Below are positions 50,700 through 64,000 of a stretch of 64,000 nucleotides of DNA, piece by piece (position 1 is the first letter of the stretch; the number at the start of each line of letters is the position of its first letter). The translations under genes and the position numbers were made by a program. Origin of the DNA: Amphiscolops sp. MND2022 (Eukaryota); NCBI GenBank assembly GCA_964187785.1, contig OZ076409.1, forward strand, positions 18,726,001-18,790,000, written 5' to 3'. Under the pieces are notes generated by a model, which was given only the letters and a program-made list of their open reading frames with translations, did no database searches and was not told the DNA's origin.

Positions 50700-53146
50700 A
50701 AAGGTTATAGTTAGGGGCGTATAGGAGGTTGGAGGTTCCGCGGGGTGAAGCAACAACACACGATCAGCCTCTAGTTGCACGGTGTGGGCAACAGCACCAG
50801 TTGCCTCGACTTCCGCCCATCAGTTGTAAGCGAAATCATCACAGGAGCTCACAGGAGCTTCTACACTTTTTGAGCCGACGTGATCCACCACGCCACAATT
50901 GGCGCAAAAGAGGACACTGAAGCAATTCTCCACCATGCACTCCTCTACAACGTCCTCAGCAGTGATTTTTTACAGCTTCAGGCTCTGGCATTAAGGCGGG
51001 TTTGCGAGCCTGATCTTGGGTAGGACATACTCGGGAAAAGTGACCCGTCTGTCCACAGGTAAAACAGGCACCTAGCGGCAAGCGTGTAGCGGGCTGGTGC
51101 ATTGCTCGGAGGAGTTGGGAGCAATACTCCCTGCGGCAACGCCATTTTGTTTGGGGTAACGGCACAAAAGGATGAGGCCTCGGGCTGAGGGTTGTGAAGA
51201 TTTGGGTCGGTTGCGTTGTAATTGCCTTGTGGTGAACCTCAAGGACTCTACGGTGGGTGGGGGAGTGACGGTGGCTTCGGACTCTGCCTTGTTGATGATG
51301 TAGTCGCGAGCTTCACCTTCCAAGTGACTGATGATACTCCAACTTTATCATCTGGAGTCGCTTTGGTTTGCGTACGTTGCGTACGTTGCAGATAACGGCG
51401 CATGACTAGGTTCCAGCCGTCAATGGATACTTCTTTGGATCCTCGGAAAACACTAGGCCGGCCTTGGGAGAGGTCACGGCCAGCTAGCAACGGAGCCAGC
51501 TCCAAATACATGGCTTTGGATATAGCAGCGGCGAATTGCAGCTGTTCTGAGGAGATAACTTCCCCTTCGTCACTGGCTGCTGGGGAGTTATCCCGACTAC
51601 CCTTGGTACCCTGCAAAGATAGGTCTCCATTCAGTTGTTCCTTTTTGCGAGTACTACTGGCACAAGGGTTGCCCGCGAGCACACCTTCGCTAGCAGGTAG
51701 GAATATCGAGTCAGTTCCAGTGGTCCATACCCTAGCGGTTGCGTAGGTATCGTCATCTAGGCTGCTGGTTTGGGATCCAGCCGTGACAGTTAGGTCTATG
51801 ACCGAAGAGGTGTTGGTCATGGGATCTACTCCTCGATCTTGAGTTCGAGTGAGCGACAGTGTGGGCGGCAGCTGAACTCTGCTCAGCGGATTTGGCGCAC
51901 ACACGTGTTTCTTAGTGGGCTTCTTGGCTGCCTCGGGAGGCTTGGGTGCTTTGGTCACCGTTTTGGGACTAGCCTTCAATATCAATGGCGGGTCACAGAT
52001 GCGCGCTGGCACCACCTTACTACTGGATGTGGTCGGTTCATCTGCTTTGGGTTGGTCGCTGCCAAGAGTTGCAGTATTCAGCATGTACATCTTTGTTCTT
52101 AGCTCAGCCAACTGCGAAGTTCGCGTTGGATTAATTAATCCTTCATTTCTTCTAGGCGATATCCCATGGCATCCACTTTCTCAGATTGCACTGTGTGCCG
52201 TTGATTGGTAGCCCTCAGGTTCTCCTTCACAGAGCTTTTCATGTCTTCAAGCTCTGCGGCCTTCACTTTGTGCTGTTCATTGCACTCGGCACGGGTATCC
52301 GACAAGCGTTCCAAGGCTCAAGGCGCCTCAGCCTCCGCCTGCAACATCGCGTTTCTGGCGGCCGCCGCTTCCTCCACGGCACGATACGCCGATGATCGTC
52401 GTGAAGAAGCGATGGAGGTTGCACCGTCGCGAATCGATTCGCATCATCGCCATCCAGTTCATCCTGCATACACAAGATCGGAAGGCGCACGTTCTTCTGC
52501 TTTCCCAAGGCCTTCGTACGACTAGCCTCGTTGCGATATTTGGCACAGTTCATGCCACCCACGTACGTCATGCTCTCAAGGCTGGCATCGGTATCCTTGC
52601 TGCCAGGACTGCTAACTTCGTCGGGTGCCCTTGAGCACCCTTCTCGTAGAGGAGTGGCATCGACAGTCGTGTTGCTTTGGAATTGGGCCAAAATCAGCCC
52701 GTTTGAGGTGACGTTGTCAACCCGCTCCTAGTATTCTGGATCCATTGCCCAGTGCGGAGGAGTTCCTCCGAAACCGGTGAATTGTCCCGGACTAGAGCCA
52801 TAGCGTTTTGCTCCTCCTTTCGCTGTTAGTCGACAGGTATTCTATCAGACATTGCTTCTGAAAAAGAGGAATTGGTCACTAGAGATTTCACCGAGGGCCA
52901 TTCCCGTAGACTCAAGTTACTATCACTTCCGGAACTCTCGCGTTGGACTGAGCTCACTTCCTGAGTCTCACCATGTGGTTTCAGACGTGTAAGATTCGCT
53001 CCTTTCGAGTGTGGCTGTTGAATGCCGCCTAAGCAACTTGGCTGTAGCCAAAACATGGTGTAGTGATCATTTATTACGTAAGTACGTGTACCGAGGCAAG
53101 TGGGAACTGTCAGCAAGCGCACAACTGGGTTACCCGCCAACCTCAA
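50700..53146 (-). pseudogene. gag: gag remnant with a long N-terminal low-complexity region
   Basis: PSVFRGSKEVSIDGW capsid-like motif and knuckle CFTCGQTGHFSRVC (about 51025-51067); fragmented. Confidence 0.75.
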
Positions 53147-56100
53147 AAGTCACGCTCGCAGGTGGGGAGGCCGTATGCCGCCCTGCTTCACTTACCGGGC
53201 AGTCAGGTATATCCAGAGGCCACAGGATTTGTACCTAGGGGTCTCTGGAGGTTGCGCGACCGCTGGTCGTTTCGATGAGGATTTCACCAAAAATCAGTCT
53301 CTGCACGTTTCAGAAGAGTCGAAATCGCTTCTGGTGGTTGTAGCGAGCTCAAATTCACTCCAGCAGTAGTTTGCAACCCACAAGCTCAGAAAAAAAATCG
53401 GTTAGGGGCTACGCGTTCGTTGGAGCGAGCACGGAGCGTTTACAACATTTTTTCAAATTTCACAGACAGTACAAAAAAACACAAGTTGCTCGTACACGTC
53501 ACTCAAGAATCGGATTTGGCTCAAATTGGCCAGGGAAATCCTACACACACGTAGGTACACGGTGGTGAGCACCGATTCTGGCTCCGAGGCTTGTACACTA
53601 TTTTGCTTCGGTACAGACGTACGGTACACCTATGTCTCAGTAGGAGCCAATTTTACCCTTATTGTACAATTTTTGAACACTGATTAAAGTTAGCGGTTCA
53701 GTTTTCTCGCTAACAGTGCTCAAAGTAGCACCAATCACGTTAGTGCGCTGCAATTTGCCCCCACTTCTCGGGTAAGGTGTTCAGGCACTTCCAAAAAATT
53801 TCGAAAAGTCTGCCTTTTTGCACCTCTTTTTGTGCAGTACGTTCTCAAAAATTTCACAACAAATACTGGACCGATCGGCACGAAACTTGGTTGATGGTGC
53901 GTCCACCCACAATGTTGTTTTATTGGTCCGATGGAAGCCCGCGAGGTTACCTGGGATTTCGACTTGGTATTGACTCTAGTTTTGCAAAAACAGTCCTTTT
54001 TGACACTTTTTTCACAAAGTGGCTAAGAGGGTCGACACTACAAATGCTACGGCAGGAAAACGTGTTGCGCCACTGGTCACAGCGCTGCCACAAGCCCTAA
54101 ATCATTGATGCCTAATGGGTAGGAAGTTGCAGTTTTGACTTTTTGGCGATTTTGGCACACTCTGAAGTCAAAACGTCAGATAGCTTTTCTCGAGTTTCGT
54201 TAGCGCTACGCTCACCAATTTTTGGCACATGCGTTTATTTTGGTGGTATTTGCGAAAATGCAACCACTTTTTGGTTAGGGTTTGGAAATCTATGATGGGA
54301 ATCTATGATGGGTTCGGGAATCCGACCCTAACAATTGGACAGTCCGGTTTTGATGTCAGTGCTCTTTTCCACTTTTCTCAGCACTGAATGGGAGCTTTAA
54401 CATGCGGTTTTCACCACCACACGTTGTTTTTACTATAAAATAAAAAAATGAGAGCGCGTGATCTCTACAGGGCCCAAAACGTCCAAAATTACAAGGTTTT
54501 GGTTTATCCGCGGTTTCAGGAACGGCTAAACGTGCTACAAAAGTTAATTCTAGTGCCCTGGGGTTGAGTTCTGCTCAAGAAATTACTTTAAAGCGGTTTC
54601 TCTGGCTTTTACACCTAACTACATCTGTGGTTTTAGGTGCTTTTTTGCCCTTTTTTCCACTTTTCACCACAAACACAAATCACTTCTTTTTTACCTAGAA
54701 GAGCCCCAAGAACGGTAAACATTTTTTTTCATGACGCCCTCAGGGCTCGAGGCTACTTTTGCCTCATTTTTTGCAAAGCTCTGTTGGACTTACGGAGCAC
54801 TCGTGCTCCAACCAAAAAAAACACCAAAATAGACGAAAAACCGCTATCATTGCGAAAAATCTCAGTTTTGTTCGCTCAAAAGCGTTCCAAAGGGTGTCGT
54901 TACATTGCAGAAAATGTCACTGTCCTGCACCAACAATCCCCACGAAAAAAAGATTTCGTGAGTTCAAAATTTTCGCAAACCATAACCCATCTGAGCGACA
55001 CTTCTGGTCAAAGGGGACGTTCCTTCGCCACGCATTTTCTACACACCCAGACCAGCTAGTAGCTTGCGGTTTAGACAATTAGCATCGTCAGCATTTGCAC
55101 TCGTTGTCCACCAAAAATCGTCCCTCTCAGACGTCTCCTCGAGAAACGGGTGAAAACAAACCACAACACTCCATTTCGCCCCTCCGTCGTTCTGTTGGAG
55201 TATGGCTTTTACTCAATCGACAGCTGCCTTCCATAGCTCAAAAATCTGAAAACTGATAGAAATACCCGTTAAACACCCGTAGCCACGTGCTACGGTAACC
55301 ACTACCTGCAAAACATATACCCGCTGAGGGGTTAACACTTCACAACATCACAAACCATACATTTACTGGTTTTTCTCCCCGAAAATGCCATTATCATACC
55401 TGAAAACGTGCTTTTTCCTGGTTTTTCTGGGTCAATTCTGTTCCAACTACCAAGAATACAAGCTGTTGTTAAAAAAGAGGCAAAACTCTGGCTTCTCCCA
55501 CAGACTCGAAACTGTTTTGGTGCTGAATACCAGTGGGCCAGATTTTTAAAAACCATGCAGGAAAACTACCGAAAGACGATCCCTCCGTGGTCACCAAAAA
55601 ATGATGTTCCATGTAACGGCAAGCGCTGAGCATTTGTATCGTGACATTAGAGTGGAGGAACTGGTACCATGGATATAGTCCGGTACAAACTACTATGATA
55701 TCAGCTCACTTTGTCCTCCTATGGATAGCCGGTCCCGAGGAGGAGAAACCGTCTCTAGAGATGCTCTCTGGCCTGGCATCGTGCTTTCCTCACTCAACCA
55801 CCGTGTAGATAGCTCATAAAAACAAGGTAGTGAAGAACTGATATTTACCAACGGGAATCTGGGTAAATGCACAATGCAGGGGTAGCCCTCGAGCTAATAA
55901 TTAATCAATCAAATACATCAATTACGACAATTAAGTCCAGTTCGGCGAAGCTGGTGGGCGTTCGGGCGGTATGGCACCAGCGCTCGAGCTAGGCACAACC
56001 CCCGGGCACGGGTACTGCGCTCTTCAAGCTGTCATGCTGATTTCCGGGTACTGCGCTCTTCAAGCTGTCATGCTGATTTCCGGGTCATCAGTCCTGCAAA

Positions 56101-57578
56101 ACCATGATTTCAGCAGGCAAACATCGTGGATACAGCCAGTTCGCTGTCTTTTTAATTTTTTCGTGCTTGTCACGCTTTTTTGTACTCGCTCTCTCTCGCG
56201 GGGCGCTTCTCTGTCTGTTTCTTCACGATTTCTGCTGACAGGTACTTTGCCAAAATCATACTCGAGTGCTACGTCAGTTTTGAACGAATTTTTCAAAGTT
56301 TTTCGGTGATCACAGGATGCCGTTATTTAGTATGAGGGCCTTTACATTGTCACCTTGGCACAATGAAATAAATTAGCAACTGTGTTTCTCATCAGAGAAC
56401 TATCTGAAAAATCAGTTTGCAAAAACAAATGAGCCACGGTTTATTTCGAACTACGTGTAATGCTTGTTTTAATTTTGAACTACTAATTTTGCTAGGGACC
56501 ACACTTAGTCACGAGTTTCAGGCCGGCTGCATAAATTTTGTAGGGACCACACTTAGTCAGGTGTATCAATTTGAAATCGAAAAAACTTTCATTTAGTTCA
56601 TTCCAACACTTTCCGGAAATCTACGAACCAAAATTTGGCTAAAGACCTGGTAAAGACCTATGATCATCCTTCAATATGATTTTTCAAAACTTTTATAGAT
56701 GTAACCTAGTTAAATACTGTCAAAAAGCTCACCAATTCCAACTCAAAATTTAAAAAACCCAAAAAAACAGTTTTGAATACTACAAACCGGAGTCGCACAT
56801 TGCCAAAAACGTTTTCATGCTTCGCAAAACCGCATTGTGCCTAAAAGCATACGATGGCCATCCATGCCCGCAAAATGCTTTGTTCCTGCAAAAAATCAAA
56901 GGGGGCACTTCTATCGAAAAAATTTCGAGGAAAAAAGCCGCATGGTACAGAAACAAATAAAGAGGGACCCTTCAGTCTCCCCTCCACAATTGCAAGCTTA
57001 AAAAAAATTGGTTTAGTGCGAGACTCAAACCCAAGGAGCCCTGCTTATCGGACTTTAGAAAATCCGAGTTAACACCAATGACAAGTGGCAGTTCGAAGAT
57101 AAAAGTTACTATGAGCTTATGAAATTTTATAAATCTGTCAGTTCGTAGGTCATTAAAAAAGCTCAAAATTTTATAACAGCTGGCAATTATTCATTTTAGT
57201 GACAGTCTCCACCATAATTGGATTCGAAAATTGTGAATACCAGCAAGGGAGTTGCGATATTTGTGAAAGCTTTTGTAGTCCGATAAGAATGCAGTTACCA
57301 AGTATTAGGTTACGTGTTGATACTGTTGCAGTGGTTATGTTGTTACCTAATCTATACGCCTGTGAGAAAAAGTTTCGGAAACCAATATGGCTCCCAAACT
57401 GAAGAAAAAAGTTGACCTCACGCGTCTAGAAAATACCCACGGTAAGAGTCGGAAAGGTGACTTCAAAAGCGCCGACTAAAAACACTTGCAAGAAAAGCGG
57501 TTACCTTGCCAAGATCACCAACATTTAGAGAAAATTGTTCATGTACAAACCCCACTAAAACAGCTAAAATCAAGGACT

Positions 57579-58160
57579 AACAAGACGGGAACGTTCAAAG
57601 TCGGCGCTTTATCTAAGGCTTAAAAAGCGCAGTTTTTAAAAGATGCCCAGGATGTATTTATGAATAATTCAGGAAACAGGTTCAAGACACCCAAAGGGTG
57701 CCTTTCATTCTCGATAAGACTCGGAAACAACCACTTTTTCCCACCTGGGAACTAAAAAATATATATATTTTAAAAAAATCAGTTTTTTTTAAGCAAAATT
57801 TTGCATAATGCCAAAAATGTGAAAAGGAGTCCCTTTGGGATTTATTAACATACAATCTGCTGCAAAATGTCAATACACTAGGACCATTTGAAGACATTAA
57901 AAATATTGAAAAAAGTCGCACAGTGCGGAAAAAAAATCGAAAGAGGGGACCTTTCAGTCTCGTCCGGTTTTGTGGGTTACGTTGAAAAAATAAAAAATGA
58001 AAGGGAGTACCCTTTGCACTAAGTTTCCGCTGGCCGGACTACTTTAGTAGTTTTGGTAGTTTCCCTAAACAGTGGACCTTTCAGTGTGAGGTCTGTGGTC
58101 TGGAGAAAAAAGGTCACTGCAAGAGTCGGGCATTTTTTGCTTAAAACAAGCACCGTCTGG
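57579..58160 (+). mobile_element. Helentron/DINE-1-like repeat copy
   Basis: Starts AACAAGACGGGAACGTTCAAAGTCGGCGC; family 3' motif near 58115-58150. Confidence 0.6.
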
Positions 58161-59300
58161 AACAAAATTGCCTGACTAAACAAGACCAAGCTAAAACGGC
58201 GGCGGGAGTTCTTCGAAGTGTACTCATAGTTTTCCCTTCATTCACGGGAGCCCTAGTTTTTGACACTACCTAAATTTCACAGAGTGGCGCTCCTATAGTT
58301 TTTGTTAGCTTCAGCCAAACTTTAAATGCGTAAAGACCTCATTTGTTTAACAACGGAATCGTCTCAAAGCAAAATGGCTCTACAGATCTGAAATATTTTC
58401 ATTCATATGTGTATATGCTTCTAAAGTCCCAAAAGGGCTTTTTTTTGAAATGAGAAATTTAACGGTTGTTCCTTGCATGACTTATTCGGAACGAAGTCAT
58501 TACCTTGTATGCGTTGTCAGAAAAACAGTGCCAAAAAGTTCAACTTGGAAAAAAACAGTTGAGTGAAAACGAAATGCGTTGGACATTTTCATGGAAAACT
58601 ACTGTTTTCTAACCTCCGCCTCCCCCTTAATAAAACGCATTATAGTCCGGATACAACGTCAAAAATTCGGTTACTGCGCGCTTTACTCAGGATATTACGC
58701 CAATTTCGATTACTACGAAAATATATTACGTCTATTCCAAAAAAAACTATTTGTGGGTATATATTGAGAACCTAATTTCAGACGAAAACGAGATCTTCGA
58801 AACAGTCTCATAGTTCCAAAAAATGGGAAAGGGGGGACCCTTTGGGCTTTTTGAAAATCCAATTTGTTGCAAAATATGAAAAAAAATGAAAAAGGACCCT
58901 TAAGGGTAAAAAAACTCAAAAAAAGTCGCACAATGCCGAAAAAATTGAAAGAGGGAAGGAAACCTTCAGTCTCGTCCGCTTTCGCAAATGCTCGAAAGAG
59001 TTTCTGACTACAACATGGACTCGAACCCGTGGCCGCTGGGTTTCCCGTAAACCGATTAAAATCTGTACTAATAAGTACATACAGGTAGAGGTCTGTGATC
59101 TGACAAATGGGAGAAAAAACAGCCGATGTAAAAGTCAGACATTTTTCACTAGAACATTTGGTCATTGTAGATATTCATTCATCTCAGTATTGTTCTAGAC
59201 CTGGAGGCTTTCAAGACTTTCTTTATTTTGAAACACTGTTTTTCACGCTTGTAGGGCTACCTACGCGCAGTTTCAAGAACATGCCCAATCAGAAGACTAA

Positions 59301-60070
59301 AACAAGACGAGAATGTCTAAAATCGGTGCTATATCTAAGGCTCAAAAAGCGCAAAGTTTTTAAAAAGTGCCAGGACGTTTTTATGAAAAGCACAGAAAAC
59401 TGAGAAAACTATTTCGCCTTTCATGCTCGATAAGACACGGAAACTTTTTTCCCCGTCTGGAAACAGAAAACAAATTACGAGAAAATTCCGATTTTCTTCT
59501 TTCGGAAAACGTCGCATTGTGCCGAAAACCACAAGGAGTCAGTCCTCAATGCTCGCAAAACGTTACGGTTCTAGTGATTTCGATGGGGTTTCAATGAAAA
59601 CAAATTAGAATAAAGTTGGATAAGAAAAACGACGGTCTTGAAAAAACAAAGTCTTCAAGACTGTTTCCAGTCTTTAAAAAACACAATTCGAATATAGCGT
59701 GCTGATCCACTGAGAAAACCAGATTTCTGAAACGAAAAAAAATCATTTTGGAAAATAACAATGCCGATAATTGTAAAAGGGTGGGCCCTTTGGGCTTTTT
59801 GAAAACCCAGTTTTGTTGCAAAATATCGAAAAAATAGAAGGGAGACCTTTTGGTGGAATTCAAAAATTTTTGAAAAAAGTCTCTATGTGCCGAAAAAAAA
59901 CTAAGAGAAAACACCAGCCAAAGGGAGAATCCTTAGTATGTTTTCGAGGTCCTGGACGTCAGATTGTTTTTGTTTTGAACGAGGCTCTGACGTTTCGAGT
60001 GTTTTGAACATCCGTAGTTCAAGTTGTTGAACAAATGAACAAAAAGGTGGACCTTACGCGTTTGAAAATT
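59301..60070 (+). mobile_element. Helentron/DINE-1-like repeat copy
   Basis: Starts AACAAGACGAGAATGTCTAAAATCGGTGCTATATCTAAGGCTC and shares internal words with the other copies. Confidence 0.55.
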
Positions 60071-60071
60071 T

Positions 60072-60303
60072 TGAAAGATCAAAGGCAAAGTGCAACTTTT
60101 TTCGGAAAGTCTTCATTTTCCCGAAGAGTCCTCACCTTAGCCTGGAATTTCACACATTTGGGGTTTTTGACATTTGCAACATTTTCTCAAAAATGTCGCA
60201 AATGTCAAAAACCCCAAATGTGTGAAATTCCAGGCTAAGGTGAGAACTATTCAGGAAAATGAAAACTTTCCAAAAAAAGTTGCACTTTGCCTTTGATCTT
60301 TCA
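60072..60303. repeat. Near-perfect 232-bp palindrome (foldback)
   Basis: Arms of about 114 bp around a short loop at about 60186-60188, with few mismatches. Confidence 0.93.
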
Positions 60304-60815
60304 TGTACTTTTGCGAGCAAGCAAAAAATTAGGTGTCGAGCAAGATTCGAACGCGTGTTTCCAACCACTCTCACCACGCAAACAAATCCGCGTTGACCTC
60401 AGAGTCGAGTGGAAAAAACTTTCCATCTTTGTTTCCCATCAGCGCCACTTTAAAAGCTCATTAAATTTTTCCTAAAATTTTTGAGACGAAATCACATCAA
60501 ATCCAAACATTGTGACACCCTAAATACAAGCCGGAAACTGCATAAGTGGGCGGTCAGCCTAAGCATCAAAAAAGAGCTAAATCTATCAAGTATGCAAAAG
60601 AGTGGCTTCGGGAAAGTGCCAATATTTATCAAAACAAGTGAGAAAATTTACGCTAGAAAAAATTTTTCATGACTGAAGATAATTGAAAAATTGGAATGAG
60701 TATTTGGGGCGAATTAACTTTTTTCCGTAAAAAGCTATACACTGCTTAAATAACTCAACGATTGTAATATTTGAAATCAATGAAGAAATTGAATATACTA
60801 TACCAATTGGGTATA

Positions 60816-61270
60816 TTTAGTCGACGCTTCATGAAGTGAAACGCGACTATTATAGTGACTTTTTTTCAGTTTCTTCAATCCTCCCGAACTGACCAAAATA
60901 ATTCTTGAAAGTTCTACGAAATTTTATGGTCCCATATTGAATCATTTGGCCTAGCCAACTGAACCAAAAAGGTTTTTCCTCTTTTTTCGCGTAACATACA
61001 ATACCGGGAGAGACTAAAGGGTCCCCCTTTTAGTTTATTCGACATTGTGAGACTTTTTTCAATTTTTGTTTTTCGCCAAAGGGTCCCCCCTTCAATTTTT
61101 TTGATATTTGACAACAATGGATGTTAAAAAATCCGAAAGGATCCCCCTTTTAGCGCGGCGTGCCAATTCGGCCCAACTTTCGTACTGCAAAAGAATACTT
61201 GACACTTTGACGTCTTTTGCTATTTTTCAGCTTTAGATATGGCGCCGACTTATGCCGATCCCGGCTTGTT
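60816..61270 (-). mobile_element. Helentron/DINE-1-like repeat copy
   Basis: TAGTCG...CGACTA stem at 60818-60848 and terminus TAGATATGGCGCCGACTT...GGCTTGTT at 61270. Confidence 0.65.
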
Positions 61271-62734
61271 TTTATTAACTTCAACTAGATTGAAAAACAA
61301 AACTGGCGAATTATGCTATAAATCTCAGTGACTTCAAACTAGAATACTTCTACGGAAAACGTTTTTCTTGAGCAATGGGATTACCACTTTTTCTTCTCTT
61401 TCCCCACTCTCTCCCGAAACGAATATTTAACTTTAGGGATTTTCGCAACAGTAACTTTTGATACCCTGGTGTGGGAAAAAAGCCGCATGTGCGGTAAAGG
61501 AGTCCGAAACGGATTAAAACATTGGAAAACAAAGAACGTACTTTGTTATTTGGTAATTTTTTGACTGATTTACGCTATGTTTCTCAGATCTCCGCCATAC
61601 AATTCTGATGCCATTGCACATACAGGACCCTAATGTGGTGCAGAATGACTGAAAAAAGTTCGTTCGAATCGTATAGAGTTTTTGGGAAAATCGAAAAAGC
61701 CGAAAATGGCCATTTCTTTGTCATTTTCGGACTAATTTTAGCTATCGTTCTCATATCCCAGTCATTGGATTTTGCTGCCATTGTGCACACAGGAGCACCT
61801 ACCTATGGGTGTAGAAAGACTGTGTCAAGTTTTATGAAAACCGAATGGATAGTTTTCGAGAAATTCGAAATTTTCACTGAAAGGTTGGAAGGTAAGAAAC
61901 GTCACGGTGTGGCAAAAAATTAAGTGTTGCAAGACGTTGACAAAAACTTAACTCTTGCAAGAAGCTTGCAAGATTCTCGCAAGGTTTGCAACATCGGTGA
62001 AATTTCTAAAGTTTTACATGATGATACTAACAAAAAATGCTTGGCTCTAAACCTAATGCTACAGATAGTTGTACACACAAAACACAAAACATTGATCTCT
62101 GTTTTTAAATCCTACATTTAGTCGAGGATTCCTGTAAAAATTAGTGACCATCACAGAACTTATCATGTCTTACGTGGCAAAATTATACCATGATCGGATG
62201 AATAACGGAACTCATCGTAAATTGCATGCCGCAATTCGTACAAGGGAACACTTTGCTCATGAGAATACTGTATGGAAATATTTTCTGCATCGAAACTTTT
62301 TCTGTTGTCAATGGAGCGGTAGGATAAGTGATAGATGAAGATTTTCTTGAAGAAAACGCGCATATGTCGGATAAACTAACTGTTACAAGAACCTACTTTT
62401 TCATTAAAACGTCTCAAGAGAAATATTGCAGGAGTTTTGTAAGTTTCTGTTAGCCTTGCAAGAAACTGACATAAAACTTGCATGAATCCAGCAAAACTTC
62501 CGGGAGGTCAAAGCTGTGGAGCTCAAAAGTTATATTTTGACATTTGAGACTCTCGGAGCGGTGTGACTTCCCTTGAATTCAGTCCACGCGACCAAATATA
62601 CTGTCATTTTTGGAAACTTTATTATAAACTCATTGAATATCCGCCGGTCGATTGTTTTCCAAAAGCAAATGTTTTCGGTGGAGTTCTCGAAGAATTTCCT
62701 TCGCTTTATTATTCTAATTTTAATTCGAAGCAAT

Positions 62735-63410
62735 TGTAACGGCATCCTGTAATCAACGAAATTTTGACGCTTTTTGAAATATTCGTTCAGATCCGACGTG
62801 GCACCCAAACATGACTTTGGTGAAGTACCTGTCAGCAGAAAGTATGGGAAGACGGTAAAAGAAGCCGCCCCGCGAAAGAGCGAAACGATCGCGAGTATTG
62901 ACAGTGAAACAAACAAAAACAAGCCAAAACCACGGTGTTTGCCCGCAGAAATCATGGTTTTTGCAGTGCTGAACCCAGAAACATCATGACAGCCTGAGGA
63001 CTGTACCCGTGGACGGGGATTGTGCCCAGCTCGAGCGCTGGTCCGTGCCGCCCATTATCCACAGCTTTCGCCGAACTGGACTCTGTTATCGTAATTTGTG
63101 TGCTTTTTGTGTGTTTAGATCATAATATGCTCGAGGGCTTTTTCGTGTTCGTATTGCATTTACTCAGATTCCCACTGGAGAAACTCAGTTATTTACGACT
63201 TTGCCGTTTTTGCAAGCTATCTACACGGTGGTTTCAAATTTCAGAGCAATACCCGTGATTCCTAGCAATAACAGACTGGTATCAGGCCAGAGAGCGTTCT
63301 TGAAGACGGTTCGACCTCCGCAGGACCGGCTATCCTTAGGAGGACAATTCCATGCTACCAGTTTCTCCACTCTATTGTCACGTCACAAACGCTTAGCGCT
63401 TGTCGTTACA
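62735..63410 (+). mobile_element. Solo LTR of the 41931-56325 Gypsy family, opposite orientation
   Basis: TGTAACGG...CGTTACA; reverse-complement similarity to both LTRs; flanks CAAT/AAAT. Confidence 0.88.
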
Positions 63411-63452
63411 AAATATACGATTATGTTTCACTTCAATGGTTTGAGGATGCTT

Positions 63453-64000
63453 TGTAACGTCCGGCTAGCGGCGCACATCTAGGAAGAGGAACAATGCCTA
63501 GGGTGCTTAAACAGGAGACCGTCGTCTTACTACATCCCTAGGCACTAGTTTTTGTTCCCAAAATGGTCTCCTAGGGGGATTTTTCTTGCGTCTAAGGAGC
63601 CTCCTCTAGTTAGGGCTCCGAGGCGACGTGCCAGTACTCTCAAAGTCCGAACACGTCCCAGAAGCCTGTAAAAACGAATCTTAAGGTTTCTAACGTGTTC
63701 CCGCATCTCCTACATACTTCCGAGGCCAAAAACAGAGGTTTATGCAAATTGCATTTTATTAGGGGAATAAGTTCTAAAATACAGATCTAGTTGATCGAAC
63801 ACCACCAAATACCTGCAAAAAACACAAATACAGTACAACAGGCTAGGAAAACATCAAGCGTCAGTGTCAGCGCGTCTTGGGTTTGCGCGGTGGCACATGC
63901 AAACGTTGCAAACTTCTGAGTTTCTTCATCTTTTGGGCCATTCTTCGAGTTTCGCTGTTATCTGGGACGTCTTCCGGGGGTGATGGCACCGCACTGCGAT
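63453..64000. mobile_element. LTR-like repeat (family of 18408-19103), cut by the window edge
   Basis: Starts TGTAACGTCC and is colinear with 18408 onward. Confidence 0.6.

Larger units (their letters stand above)
41931..56325 (-). mobile_element. Large (14.4 kb) Ty3/Gypsy LTR retrotransposon, decayed; LTRs 41931-42644 and 55612-56325
   Basis: Colinear TGTAACGG...CCGTTA(CA) LTRs; TTAG on both flanks; TGG PBS-like sequence next to the right LTR and GGGGAGTGG PPT next to the left LTR on the minus strand; gag-PR-RT-IN order. Confidence 0.93.

Noticed and set aside
56493..56559. Duplicated TAGGGACCACACTTAGTCA (also inverted at 37824-37842)
   Set aside because: Probably the terminus of another small repeat; not enough evidence to define an element.
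56330..62730. Many short Lys/Phe-rich ORFs
   Set aside because: Spurious translations of AT-rich repeats with no recognisable domains.

Overview
AT-rich, repeat-dense eukaryotic (probably invertebrate animal) genomic DNA. One host gene is recognisable: a six-exon 2-oxoglutarate/Fe(II) dioxygenase of the isopenicillin-N-synthase/ACC-oxidase-like group (9150-17063, +, about 344 aa), whose third intron appears to start with GA rather than GT. The rest is mostly mobile DNA: a Ty3/Gypsy element cut by the left edge, two solo LTRs of the same type, a 14.4-kb decayed Gypsy element with extra 3' ORFs plus a solo LTR of its family, a deleted Bel/Pao element, a Tc1 transposase relic, several MITEs, Helentron/DINE-1-like repeats, a 725-bp tandem array and two long hairpins. 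The most unusual item is a roughly 9.7-kb segment (26405-36152) bounded by about 60-bp inverted repeats. It encodes a decayed SET-domain methyltransferase, zinc fingers and a tyrosine recombinase; the recombinase frame is restored when the nested Bel/Pao insertion is removed. Second, three Gypsy-type LTRs carry the N-terminus of gag inside the LTR, phased so that the LTR-terminal A plus the TG of the primer-binding site forms an in-frame ATG. All calls are from manual reading; no searches were run.
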